Notes: generated by a model from the sequence alone, not told the origin. 64,000 nt of DNA from Octopus sinensis (GCF_006345805.1 NC_043006.1:80910001-80974000); one strand, 5' to 3'; positions 39,126-52,648 are shown, numbered from the stretch's first letter. Numbers and translations are program-made.

Positions 39126-39539
39126 TCTAAATTGTCTATATAAACTATGTTCTTAATGTCTTTATTTGTTTAGTTATTTATTTATTCATGTTCTGTCTCC
39201 AGATAAGGCTTAAAGGAAAACCAACCTTTATTCTTGATATTTTTCTTTCTTTCTTTCTTTTTCTTCATTATCTCTAAAGTCTAATAAATTCTGAAGCGAC
39301 AGTCGAATTGAAATTATCGATCAATACAGTCTGAAATACAATCGTTGCTCCAAAGCAAAACAAAACATGAATCACGTGGTATGAAAACAGCCGTGTTATT
39401 CAATACCTTTAATACTTACATTTGGCGAGAAAGAGAGAACGGGAGAAAGAGGCAAGTTTTCAGACATTTTGTATCCCAGTTTTCTTTCATTATTTGCTTT
39501 TTGTCTTTTTTGCTCCTTCTATTTTCTTGCTGTTAGTGT

Positions 39540-39613
39540 TGCTGTTGTTTTTGATAACATTGCCTTTGTAGTAGCAGCAGAAGCAGCAGCAGCAGCCTCA
39601 GTATTATTATTAC

Positions 39614-39653
<40 letters not shown>

Positions 39654-39915
39654 GTTATTGTTATTGTTATTATTATTATTATTATTATTATTCGTAGTAG
39701 TAGTAGTAGTTGTAGTAGTAGTAGTAGTATAGTAGTAGTAGTAGTAGTAGTAGTAGAAGCAGCTGTTGTGTTTCTTCTTTCCTCACTTTCTCCTCCTACT
39801 CTTCCTCAACACTATCACTGCCATCAACGACGACGACGACGACGACCACCACCACCACCACCACCACCACCGCCGCCGCCACTTCCAACACCTCCACCAC
39901 CATCATCATCGTCAT
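39540..39915. repeat. Compound trinucleotide tract (GCA/ATT/GTA/GAC/CAC)
   Basis: Directly visible. Confidence 0.9.
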
Positions 39916-39976
39916 TATCCTTTGAACGTAGCTCCTTTGTCTATATTAACCCTCTTCATATGCATATATACGTACT

Positions 39977-40007
<31 letters not shown>

Positions 40008-41315
40008 TCCCTCTCTCTTTCCTTCTCTCTCACTCTCTCACACACACACACACACACACATCGCTCCCTTCCAAAATTTTCTACTCTATCGATGGTGTCT
40101 ATAATCCCGACACGTTTCACAAAAGTGTTTTTATTCTCTTTTCCATTCGATTTCCTTTGCAGTATATATTCTCATTCATGTTTTGTCCTAATGTTTGCTT
40201 CCACGAAAACCTTGTAGACACACCATTACCACAGCTATTTTCTCGCAGACGTTTTCTCTTTTGATAAATAATATTAAAACCCACGCATGTCTGCAGACAA
40301 TGGTTTCTTTACAATAATAATCACATTTGTTGATGATAATTTTAATCAATCCTGCTTCGGAGACCAACGTTATCACTTCATTATGCCCTAGGCAATATAG
40401 TAAGATATATTAAATGATATATGGACGTATGCATAGCCAAATGGTAAGATGTCCGCTTGGCAATCATGAAATCACAGTTTTAAACCCATTGTATAATCTC
40501 TTTGGTGAGTGTTTTTATTTTAAATCACAGTATACCTCGAGTCAGCCTAGCCTTATTGGTAAAATTACATCGACATATATCGTTGGTGAGCCTCTAGAAT
40601 GGGTTGTAAGTGCATTTTAAGCGCCAGCCTTGTTACACAATCATTTACGGAGTATTACGTTATGAGTACTTGTGTCATGGAATTCTCATCCACATAAATG
40701 CTAAATAGATGAGTATACTGTCGTTTTGAAACCGACTGAAATCCATTTGCAAAGTATTACTTGTGGTGATGATAATTGTAGTAGTTATTCTGCTAGAAGT
40801 GTTGCTTAAAGGCAGGTAATATTTAATCACACGAATTGTATAGTCAAAGATGTTGCAGCCGTCGCTAGCTTTTGCACAATTTGTATACTGGTTTTTGTTT
40901 ATATATTACTCTACTGGAACAGAATTTTCAGCTTAACTCAGTATATCCGGAATATTCATCACTGAAGAGGATAAGTTAGGTAGAAAGATTTTGTCTCGTG
41001 ATACATTGAGATGTCTAAGAGTAGCTATGTTATCTTAATATGAAAATTTCATTCAGATATTTCTCTAAGACTGGATATTTGAAGTCATTGATGTTCTATG
41101 AGTAAAAAATATAAATGTTTTACGCTCTGGTACTTTGATCTTATAATGTGTCAACTGAATATTTTAATTTCATTCTAGTGTAGTTGTCTTTCGCACAAAT
41201 CAATGAATGTTTGTGTTAACTGATTTCGATATCGGAACAAGCGTTATTGGATTAGGTCAGAATGTCCAGGATATTCGTCATTGAGGAGATGAAATCATAA
41301 GCCTTCCATATTGGA

Positions 41316-42014
41316 ATTACATTGAAAAAGGCGAGCAAGAGAAATCATATTCTTAAGATTATAAAGCTGGGAAATTGCGGGACAAGTTATTACACTTGGA
41401 AAAGTTCAGGACAACTTATATCTGGTAAAGCACAGAACGAGAAATTTTTCACTTAAAATATTGCAGTTAAGTATAAAATTTCAAGTAAAATATTTAGCTC
41501 TAGAAAATATTAGTTTTTATTTAAGCTAAAAATGTATTATATGTTGTTACTTCTATTTGTTATTACTTGTTACTTTTATTAGAAATAAAAAAAAATAACT
41601 CAAAATATTTTTTGCACTTTCAAAAAATTCATTCCTTAAATTATTAATTAACTATTAGCAATTTGAAAATAGGTTATAAAAAATAGTAGTTTTTAGTCTT
41701 GAGCTAATACTTATTTTTTACATAATGAATTTGTCTACCATATTTACTATTCTATTTTGCATAAAATTTTAGCTATGTTAAGTATTTTAGTACCTTTTTT
41801 ATTTATAATTTTACTCTGTAAATTAAAATCAAATAATTTCTAATATTTAAATTTTATCCTTAGCTGCAATATTTTATGTAAAACTTTTCTTGTTCTCTAC
41901 TTTACCAGATAAAAGAAGTTGTTCTGAACTTTTCCAAGTGTAATAACTTCTGTAATTTTCCAGTTTTATAATCTTAAGAATATTATTTATCTTGCTTGTA
42001 TTTTTCCATGTAAT
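41316..42014. repeat. ~700-bp diverged palindrome (foldback/MITE-like)
   Basis: AAGTTATTACACTTGGAAAAGTTCAGGACAACTT (~41385) pairs with AAGTTGTTCTGAACTTTTCCAAGTGTAATAACTT (~41916). The centre is near 41700. Confidence 0.85.
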
Positions 42015-42468
42015 CTATGTTTTTTTCCAGGGAATGCTATTATGCTAATAAATATGATGTGTCAATGAGTGGTGTCGTTGATAATTTTTTCCTTACCTCA
42101 ATGGCGCCGGTGACATATTAAACGTCCCCTACAGAAATTTGAGAAACAAATACTCATAACTTTTTTCTTTTAAAACTTCATTGCATAAGATTGATACCAT
42201 GAACTTCCTTGAATTGAGCTCCATAAGTTAAGTTTAATAATATATAGTTTGCATAATTAAATCTCAGAATGAGATTGAAAGAGTAATCGTTCGATAATGT
42301 AAAGTATAGAAGCCATCTTATCATGGCTAACCACATTGGGGAGGGGGTTGTTACTGTAGCTTTATAGCCCCAAGAGATCTTCGTCTCTAGCTGGCTCTAA
42401 ACACAATATCTGTTTCTTTGGAGTATTTGCAAAGGGAGGCCATCCCTTCCTCGCAAGCCTGAGTGATA

Positions 42469-42511
42469 CGCTCGAACTAGTTTCGGGATGTTTGTCCCTC
42501 GTCAACGGGCG
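42469..42511 (-). ncRNA. Minimal hammerhead motif (C3U variant), mirror copy
   Basis: Reverse complement of 42728-42770. Confidence 0.6.
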
Positions 42512-42727
42512 GCAACCACCAGGTAGCGATGAAAGTGAAGGCTCCTTTGCAAATAGATATGTTTTTCTAATGGCGTCTTTACATTATCGAGCGATTACTG
42601 TTTCAATCTCATTCTGAGATTTAATTATGCTTACTGTTCGTTTTTCGACATCAGTGGCAGACGCCATTAGAAAAGCTTATATCTATTTGCAAAGGAGCCT
42701 TCACTTTCATCGCTACCTGGTGGTTGC

Positions 42728-42770
42728 CGCCCGTTGACGAGGGACAACCATCCCGAAACTAGTTCGAGCG
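42728..42770 (+). ncRNA. Minimal hammerhead motif (C3U variant)
   Basis: CGCCCG-TTGACGA-GGGA..TCCC-GAAA-CTAG-T-T-CGAGCG, with palindromic ACTAGT in stem III. Confidence 0.6.
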
Positions 42771-43912
42771 TATCATTCAGGCATGCGAGGAAGGGATGGC
42801 CTCCTTTGCAAATACTCCAAAGACACAGATATTGTGTTTAGAGCCAGCTAGAGACGAAGATCTCTTGGGGCTATAAAGCTACAGTAACAACCCCCTCCCC
42901 AATGTGGTTAGCCATGATAAGATGGCTTCTATACTTTACAATATATAGTTTGTTTTTAAAATAAAAATGTTAATTATACTTAAATCCAATTTTTGGCTTA
43001 TATTTTTTTTCATGATATTTTACCTCACAGCTTTTTTGATACAAACTTTTGTTGCATGAGAGCAAAACTATGAAGTTTTTCATGCTTTCTTCTATCATTG
43101 AAGCTAAGATAAATATATATTTGCTTTTAAAATAACAACGTTATTTAGATCTGAACTTCATTGGTGGCATTACTTAGTTTCCTTTAACCTTGCTACAAAT
43201 TTTGATGAAAACTTTTTCCTTCTGGATTAAATCTCAATTTTCCTTATGCCAAAATATAGCTAGGAACCAGTCCTCTTCAAAAATGGTAACAGTTCTCAAT
43301 TTGGTTAGAACAGAATTAGCGACAAGACCTGAAAAATTCTGCGTGTGAGCACATTGCGGCCTTATGAATATTATTCAACTACTACCATAGTTGAATGATA
43401 TACATCACATAAACTATATAGACAGGCATTTTATAGTTTTCCCCCAATCATGCATCAATGTTGCATCCCTTTTCTTTCAGAGAAAATGTGTTATTTGCTG
43501 GAGATTTGGTGGTTATAATTACTACCGTCGGCTTCTTCATGATGTTGGTAGTCATTGTGTAATACTTTAAATTTCATCTCTGACCAACTCAAAAGAGCGA
43601 GAACAGGAAATGTATTTGCGGCAATGAGGTGAACGTTAACACAGACAAAGTGAAAACGCAGAGTAAACAATGAGGTCATTACTTGCTACAACAGCAACGA
43701 CGAGAGCGAGCGAAGTGCGACTAATATGAACGATGAAAATCAGACAAGAATATGAGAAAGCGCATCGAGAAAAGAACCAAGTACAGCGAGAAGACGAGAA
43801 CGAGAAACACCTGATTTATTTGCTAAATATGAAAATACTTTTCGCTGCTGCTTTGATACAGAAGAAATTAGTATTTTGCTTCTTCTTATCTTCAATCCTC
43901 TGACTATTAGTA

Positions 43913-44400
<488 letters not shown>

Positions 44401-45169
44401 GTGTATATCTAGTAGGTCGATCGATAATATAAATGTGTCATCATTAACTCCTCGTTCCTCTAATTGTTATTGTTGCTGTTGTTATTGCTGGTGTGTTGCC
44501 GTTGTTGTATTTACTATACTATTGTACGTGTTGGTGTTATTATTTATATCAAGGTTCACAGCCCCTGATCGAGGGGATCTATCATGAAAGGTATTCTAGC
44601 AATGTCTATTCCGGCATGTTCTTATGGACAATAGGGTTCGAATTGTGCAGCATTTGGCTGCTACATATAGCAAACTGACTAGTTTCACAACCCAAGACGG
44701 ACGCACCAATGATCAAAGAATTCCACATTTCATTATCGCGTCTCTAGGTATGTGCAAGGAATCTTAAATTACATAGCATATATTCTCTTTTAAGGTGGTA
44801 TGGTAAGAAAGAGATTTCGCTGCTATTTCTAGCATGTCAGGCTGCTCTGTTGAACAGCGTCCCTTTTAACACAGCACTATTCACAGTAATCATGGTTATG
44901 ATGTTTAATAATGAAAAACACTCCAAGAATTAATAAATAATTAAATTAAATCTCTATGGACATACAGTTAAGTAGCTAGATTTTATGTTCAATTGTAATT
45001 ATTTTTCTTCATGAAAATATTACGAAACAATATGTGTGATATCTTAATCGTCCAATAAAATTACAGCTTTCTTTGGCAAAAACATCAGTTGAAGTATGCA
45101 GGTATATATATATGTAGGTATGCATGAATGTATCCATGTTAGTAAATAATATATATATATATTATATAT

Positions 45170-45222
<53 letters not shown>

Positions 45223-46104
45223 ATATATATGTATAATATTTCTTCAGAATGAGATAAAAAAATAAGGCTGCAAAGATTTTAGAACATTTATAAATAGAAG
45301 GTCGCGCAGCTTTTTCCGAGATATTCTTTAAATTCCTTCATTGGAGACGGTGTGAGAAAATAGTTAAGCAATAGTTAATTTTGATAAGATATGAAATAGA
45401 GAGTGAAGTGGAAGAATGAAAATAGATGTGAGATATGGAGGGATATTGCATGTGTAGATCCATTATTTAGGCAGAATAATATATATATAAGATTCCAATA
45501 CCTTGTAAATTCCAATAGTATTTAAAATTGGTCATTCCAAGTTTAGAGTTTGTACACAGTGCTATTGAATCGAGGATTTATTTTAAGTGAACTAAAATCA
45601 AAAACAAGAAGAGAGGAATAAAGAAAAAAGGAAAAGCAAGGAGAGAGATAATAAAGAGATGAAGAGAGCGAAAGTGTACCAGTTAGTGGTCAGTCAAGAT
45701 AAATTGATAGTAGGAAAGGGGAGGTGAAGGTGATAGAGAGGGAAAGATATGAGTGTGTCAAAAGATGATAGGGCAAAGAGTAAAGCACTACTCTCCAGCA
45801 CTACTAAATAAACATAATGAGGCACTAAGCACATGCAACCACCGTTTTTTTCACACATTCACATTCTACCACAAATCCAAACGCCTAAATGACCATACAG
45901 CATATTATTTCCACAATACCCCTTAGATAATTCCAATAACCTTATAAAGCTGCCGCAAATGTTTTCTTTCTGAGAGGAGCTAAAAATATCTCTTGTTTTC
46001 ATAGAGAAAACATAGCTCAAATTAGCATCCGTTTTGGATACGATTTGCGTAGCCACATTGGATGATCACGTAATTAGGCTTTCTTTGTATATATATATAT
46101 ATAG

Positions 46105-46417
46105 CCGCAGGAGTGGGTGTGTGGTAAGTAGCTTGGTTTCCAGTCACATGGTTCCCAGTTCAGTCCCACTGCGTGGCACCTTGGGTAAGTGCCTTCTACT
46201 ATAGCCTCGGGCCGACCAAATCCTTGTGAGGTGACCGCGTGTATATCGTTGGCGATTTTTTCTCCGTCTTCCCTTCCTTAGATCTTTACACTTCCCATGT
46301 TTCTGACGGAGAGCTCCACCCGAAACGTTAAATCCTTCTTTCTTTCCTTTCCTGACCATCCAATAACACTACACTTGTTCGACCTCCTCGCGTTGTTGTG
46401 TTTTCATGTTTGGATTA

Positions 46418-46469
<52 letters not shown>

Positions 46470-46698
46470 GGTGGGTGTGTGTATGTATGTTTGTGTGTGT
46501 GTGTTTGTCCCCCAAACATTGATTAACAAGCGCTGCTGGTGTCTTTAGGTCCCTGTAACTTGGCGGTTCGGCAAAAGAGACCGAAAGTATAAGAACTAGG
46601 CTTATAAAGAATACGTCCAGGGGCCTATTTGCTCGACTAAATGCGGTGCTCCAGCATGGCCGCTGTCAAATGACTGAAACAAGTAAAAGAGTAAAAGA

Positions 46699-46700
<2 letters not shown>
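46105..46700 (+). mobile_element. SINE family A, interrupted by a family X element
   Basis: Colinear with 43913-44400 outside 46231-46422. Confidence 0.85.
46231..46422 (+). mobile_element. Family X copy nested in a SINE
   Basis: TTTCTGACGGAGAGCTCCACCCGAAACGTTAAA at 46300-46332. Confidence 0.6.
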
Positions 46701-46732
<32 letters not shown>

Positions 46733-46736
46733 TAGC

Positions 46737-46810
<74 letters not shown>

Positions 46811-46811
<1 letters not shown>

Positions 46812-47280
46812 TAGCAGCTAAGCCCGGTTTCACCCGGTCGGTTGGGTGATGTGGCTGTAAAACCTGCTCTATGCAAGCATTCGACCTATTTGGGCACGCT
46901 TACGTTAAAATACACTTTTAGACTGCATTTTTTTTGTCAAAACGCTAAAAGTAACCTACCAACAAAAAACAAAAACAACCAAGATTCAGCCAAATCAAAA
47001 AATAAACCCAAATACTAAGCGAACAAAGATGAACCATCCCACTTCCATTGCGCGCGCGCACACACACACACAGACACACGCACACATTCACGTATCCTCC
47101 CTTTCACATACACAAACGTATATTCACACAGAGTTGAAACGCTGTTTCATTTATCTCTTCAGCGTACAATTTTAATAATGCCACTACCAAGTATGACATC
47201 ACTCCTTCCTTCCTTATTCATCTATCACCCCTTCCTTTCTCATTCATAAACACAAGAGTATTATTATAGTAGATTATCTT
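46811..47280 (+). mobile_element. Helitron/HINE-like fragment
   Basis: 5' CTAGCAGCTAAGCCCGGTTTCACCCGG inserted in (TA)n. The right boundary is approximate. Confidence 0.4.
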
Positions 47281-47447
47281 GGTGACAATGGGAGCTACGA
47301 AGAAATATAAAAACCTAGCATCACCACAGAATCATTCTACACATCATCTAATTTTTCATGCAATTCCATCCAGCCATTTGACCCTGAATCCCATGACTAG
47401 AAAGAATCGCCCATGTCATATTTATATGTATAGATATAAGCTACTGT

Positions 47448-47506
<59 letters not shown>

Positions 47507-47759
47507 TTACTGTTACTATAAGGATAAACATTTTTATCAGTGACCAGCATATGAAAAATACCTTTTAAGGTGAAAATTATAAATACAATTATAAACAAGA
47601 GTAAAAGAAGAGTTTTCTTTGCCAATATGCTGAAAAATAGACGCTAAATCGTCTAACAACATAAATTATATTCACTTATATTATTACATGATGTGTCGAA
47701 ACGAGGAAAGCAAGTTAACAGAAAATTTATAAAAATATAGTTATCACCAAATCGGTTGC

Positions 47760-47860
47760 AATTATAAGTGGTAAAAAGCTTGCTTCCCAAACACATGCTT
47801 CCGCGTTCAGTCCCATTGCATGGCATCTTGCGCAACTGTCTTCTGCTAAAGCCTCGGCCT
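47760..47860 (+). mobile_element. SINE family A head fragment
   Basis: GTGGTAAAAAGCTTGCTTCCCAA..CATG.TTCCGCGTTCAGTCCCA. Confidence 0.7.
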
Positions 47861-47890
47861 TGATTTTTTCTCACTATGGAAAAATTATAT

Positions 47891-47960
<70 letters not shown>

Positions 47961-47963
<3 letters not shown>

Positions 47964-48094
47964 ACGTGTACTGGAGTCAATGTGATCGGCTATCCCACTC
48001 TTCCCCAATTTCAGGCCCCTTGTACCTTTAGCAGAAAGGATTATTATTATTATTATTATTAATATTAATAATAATAATAATAATAATAATTATG

Positions 48095-48141
<47 letters not shown>

Positions 48142-48292
48142 CCTTTCTGCTAAAGGTACAAGGGGCCTGAAATTGGGGAAGAGTGGGATAGCCGATCACA
48201 TTGACTCCAGTACACGTATACATACATACATACATACATATATATATATATATGTATGTATTTCAGGCCCCTTGTACCTTTAGCAGAAAGGA
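47961..48292. repeat. Perfect inverted duplication of an 80-bp SINE 3' fragment around ATT/AAT, plus a third partial copy
   Basis: 47961-48040 is the reverse complement of 48141-48220, and 48261-48292 repeats 48010-48040. Confidence 0.9.
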
Positions 48293-48351
48293 TTATTATT
48301 ATTATTATTATTATTATTATCATAATTATTATTATTATTATTATTATCATA

Positions 48352-48390
<39 letters not shown>

Positions 48391-49092
48391 GTTGTTGTTG
48401 TTGTTGTTGTTAGCATACTTATTGTATAAAGACGCTGTAAAGTAACTAAATTGTGTTTATATTTCTCAGCATTTATAATGTTGTTTACTACTTTCCATCA
48501 GCATAGATATCGAACCAATGAAAGTCCATCTCTTTCTGAGCTCTACGGCAGATACAATCTTTCATTCTTTCATTTACACTTTGATAGTTATTTTGTGATT
48601 GTATTTTTTCTTTGACAATTTCTTTCTCTTTTCTTAACAACCACATTTTCCCGTTCATTTCATTCTTTGCTTCAGTTATCCTTTCACTCTTTCTAAACCA
48701 GACTACATTTTCTCTCCATCAACATCACAATATTTTCTTTCCAATTAATATTCTTCCTACTAAAACTCTGATCTCTTCTTTCTTTCCGCAATTTCACCAA
48801 TTCCAACCTCGGATGTAATTCACTTTCTATTTCCCGTAATATCTTATTTGTATTATCTATAATTTACAATCTTTGCACAGAAGGTACCTTTCCTTGTCGT
48901 CGTTCTCCTCGTCGCCATTTCACCATCCTCCCCTTCTCCGTTATCGCCGTCGCCATCGCCGTCAACGTTGTTGTTATTGTCATGGAAACTCTTGCAGTAG
49001 AATATCCATCCATCTGGTTTCAGTAAGCTGTTAGTTTAACGCCGAATACTGATTATGTGTATATATGTGTTAGTTTAACGCCGAATACTGAT

Positions 49093-49133
<41 letters not shown>

Positions 49134-49269
49134 ATTAGAGATAAAACCACTATTAGGCAAATCAAACAATGAAAAACATAAGTCAATACATAAAATTAAT
49201 TAATTTATATTATTTTAAATATATATCAAAAGTATTAATATAATATAATATAGTATATATATATATATA

Positions 49270-49465
49270 GTTAATCCAAACATGAAAACACGAAAAGAAA
49301 ACACACCAACGCGAGGACGTAGAAGAAGTATAGTGTTATTGGACGGTCAGGAAAGGAAACAAACAAGGTGGATTTAACGTTTCGAGCGGAGATCTTCGTC
49401 GGAAACATAGAAAGAGGAAGGGAAGATGGAGGGAAAAAAATCACCAACGATACACACACGGTCTC
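49270..49465 (-). mobile_element. Family X copy
   Basis: The reverse complement reads TTTCCGACGAAGATCTCCGCTCGAAACGTTAAA (49374-49406). Confidence 0.6.
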
Positions 49466-49569
49466 ATATAGAATATATAGCTTTTAAAGTTTTTTAACGA
49501 AAGAATTTTTGTATTCAAGAGGAATCCCACCTTCGGCACTGACTCGATCCTTTTCATTGCCTATACACG

Positions 49570-49770
49570 AGCTGACAGAATCGTTAGTGTGTCGAACGCA
49601 ACACTTAGCGGCATTTCTTCCGGATTTTTACGTCCTGAGTTCAAATTCCGGTGTGGTCGTCTTTGCCTTTCAGCCTTTAGAGGTCAATGAAATATGCCAG
49701 TTTATTTCTGAGGTCGATGTAATCGACTTACCACTTCCCTCAAAATTGCTGACTTTGTGTCAAAATTAGA
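49570..49770 (+). mobile_element. SINE family C, degenerate
   Basis: GAGTTCAAATTCCGG.GTGGTCG.CTTTGCCTTTCA.CCTTT. Confidence 0.7.
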
Positions 49771-49837
49771 AACTGATGTCCTCCTCCTCCTCCATCATTA
49801 TCATCATCATCACCATCACCATCACCATCACCATCAC

Positions 49838-49872
<35 letters not shown>

Positions 49873-49873
49873 C

Positions 49874-49916
<43 letters not shown>

Positions 49917-51370
49917 GATCCAAATAAATTTGTTGTATTTTTCAACACAAAAATTTTGACTTACAAGGTTTTCCACGAAATGTAACGTCACTTATAATTT
50001 TGCCCATAAAATACTATTTCTTTTTACCTGAAACAACTCGCGCAATATTTCGAAGTTAACTTTAATCTAGGTTTCCCTATCTTTCCCCATGTATCTGAAT
50101 TAATTATCGTGATATCACTGCCAGTATCCAACTGTACCTTGATATTCACATTATTCAATTTTATGGACACAAATTTTCTTTTCTGAGCTTCGCTTAGAAC
50201 TTTTTTTTAACAATACATTCTCTCTAAAATTTTTCGCGCTTTCGTTTGACCCATTTTTTTTGTTTCGCTATACAATATGAGCTTCTATATCTGAGTTTTC
50301 CACAATCAAAACATTTACTATTTGTAAAAGAACAATTACTTTTAAAATGTAAACCTCCACAGCCATAGCATGGATTCGGTCGTGACGCTCGTGGTTCTGT
50401 TTTCTTATCCTTTTCATGTAGAAACGAATGCATCTGATAGTAATCTTTTTCTTCAATTTTATCCGTGTCATGTCTTAATTGTATATTCCTCTGGCATTTT
50501 TCGGCCACTGCCTTAAGAGTTAATTTTTGGTCCTGTTTTATTTTTGCTAATATATCAGCATCTTTTCTTGCAGTTAATCCTTGAAGAAAAATTATATATT
50601 TAAACAAATCCGAGGTTAATTCATTTATTTTGAACTTTTCACACTCTCTGTTAACGACCCCAGCATAGGTGACGAAATATTCATATTTTTTTAAAACTAA
50701 ATTTAAACATTGCCGACGAGTATTGAACGGGGAACTTCTTTCACTGAAAATTCCCTATAACAAATTAACTGTTTCATTGAAACAAATCTCACCTGGTTTC
50801 TTTGGAAGAATATAGTTACAGTATTTTTCGTGTTCGGCAGGGGATAACGTTCTTAAAAGTAGTTGCAAATCCTTCTCGTCATTCGAATTTTTACATTCTT
50901 CTTTGAAGATTTCTTCGTATCTTCTAAAATATGTAAAAAAAAAGTAGTAAGTTATAAATAAATTCTGTAATTGAATTTGCTAAGCTGTATGACGAGAACG
51001 AACCTGAAGTATTTTCAGACTTCATGAACATTACTTCTAGTAACTGTTGGTATCGTTGCTGTTGCAACTGTACCACGCACGCTAACAAATTTTTCATGTG
51101 AAAAGGGTTTTTTTTAGTTTCGTACCAAGAAAAAATTTAAACGTTCGACGCTAGCTTCGAATATCTCATCACCACTTTTATATCCTTGACACACGTTGGA
51201 CATATAAATTACGCAACGGAGGTTTAATCAATCTGTTCACACAACGTACTTAGCCGGACTACCAAAATGCATCTCTCCCCGACTACTACCGACCTCTACT
51301 CTTTATAAATAAGAGTTCGGCTAGTCCATTCTTCCAATCCCCCAGGGGTGTCAATGACTCTCGCCACAAC
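49917..51370 (-). mobile_element. Ty3/Gypsy LTR retrotransposon 5' fragment: putative LTR (~51178-51370), PBS (TGGTGATGAGA from 51174), gag with zinc knuckles, protease
   Basis: YFRRYEEIF...LLLRTL..AEHEKY.NYILPK; IFLQGLTA.KDA...QDQKLTL...CYGCGGLHFKSNC...CFDCGK; VQLDTGSDITII (aspartic protease). The putative LTR begins TGTTG on the minus strand. Confidence 0.85.
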
Positions 51371-51416
51371 ATATAGATAGAAAAATAGGTAGATAGATAC
51401 AAACATATATATATAT

Positions 51417-51454
<38 letters not shown>

Positions 51455-51599
51455 CAAAATGGGACAAGAACGCAAAACATCCGGACAACTTAGGTGATAC
51501 AAAAAGGGACAACAAAACATCCAGATAGAGGTATACATATATACACACACACATGTGTGTGTGTGTGTGTGTGTGGTGTATGTGTATGTATGTGAGTGT

Positions 51600-51775
51600 G
51601 TGTGTGCCATTGTGTTTGTGTATGTCCCTGTAAAGTAGTGGCTCGACAAAACAGCCCAATAGAATACGTATCGGGCTGTAAAGCAAATACTAGTATGGAT
51701 TTGTTCGACTAAAATACTTCAAGGCGATGCTCCATCATGGCCACAGTGTAAAGACTCAGACATTTAAAAGATAAT
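51600..51775 (+). mobile_element. SINE family A degenerate tail
   Basis: GATTTGTTCGACTAAA...GGCGATGCTCCATCATGGCCACAG. Confidence 0.6.
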
Positions 51776-52606
51776 AGATAAATGACTGTAGTTAAAGTTG
51801 ATAAGCAGCTCTTGTTAATTGTATATATGTTGTTTTGGACCAAGCATCACGTTACTGTAACTTTATTCACGTTACTGTGCAACACCTTAACATTTCTGTA
51901 ATATCGATAAGTTCTTTTTAATCGATATATTTATAAATAGTTAAATCTCTTTAAAAAAAATAACAAAACATAATCTAGGTCTGGATAAATTTTAAAAAAT
52001 TCTGTATAAAATAATTTTTTATTTCTAATTTCTCAGAAAGAGTCACTTTGTTAGAAATGTTTCATATTCTTCTCTATCTTAGAAAATTATTGAGATTAAT
52101 AATAATAAATATAAAAACATTATGATTATGTTTGTAATAGTTTATAAAGCATACAAGCGCTTGCTTTTCTCTACTGTGCAGAGCTTATATATTTCAATTC
52201 CAATCTTGTAGAATTTGGATATTTCGATGGTATTTTATTTAAAACAAGAATTTGAATACTATGTCATTTGTACTTAACGAAGTTTTTTGCTACTTCTAAG
52301 TTAAAATTTTAAATATTGGGAAAAAAAATTGTATCTAGCTTAATCTTTTGTTTCGATTACATTTTGCTTGAATACCTGTGTACGTAGACACTCTAATTCG
52401 CATTTACACACTTCAATGCAACCACACATTCACTCGTACATAGACAAATAACGGCTAAAACGAAATCAAGAAAACCATCAACAACGAAGAGATTTGCGTA
52501 AAATATGAATTTCAAGACTAGAGCGAGATTCCACAGTTGAGGTAAAGGAATTGAGTACATTCACATTTATTTTTATTCCAAAATATTTTGTAGCAAAGTT
52601 TCTCTT

Positions 52607-52648
<42 letters not shown>

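Larger units (their letters stand above)
42252..42939. mobile_element. Hammerhead-bearing short PLE/retrozyme-like insertion with inverted arms and a 13-bp TSD
   Basis: Arms 42296-42578 and 42659-42939 are near-identical reverse complements. 42579-42630 is the reverse complement of 42251-42302. AATATATAGTTTG occurs at 42239 and 42940. Confidence 0.8.

Noticed and set aside
38401-39143. His-rich 176-aa ORF and overlapping ORFs
   Set aside because: They lie entirely in a degenerate CAT/CAC tract that is open in several frames on both strands, with no splice or domain support.
43240-43562. Two-exon gene ending in a hydrophobic tail (..FC|VENVLFAGDLVVIITTVGFFMMLVVIV*)
   Set aside because: The splice sites and phase can be made to fit, but the product is short and unrecognised, and such fits arise by chance in AT-rich DNA. 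It needs RNA-seq.
48881-49030. Minus-strand exon-like stretch (LKPDGWIFYCKSFHDNNN...MATRRTTTRK|gt)
   Set aside because: Largely low-complexity GAC/GGC repeats, with no homology recognised and no partner exons.
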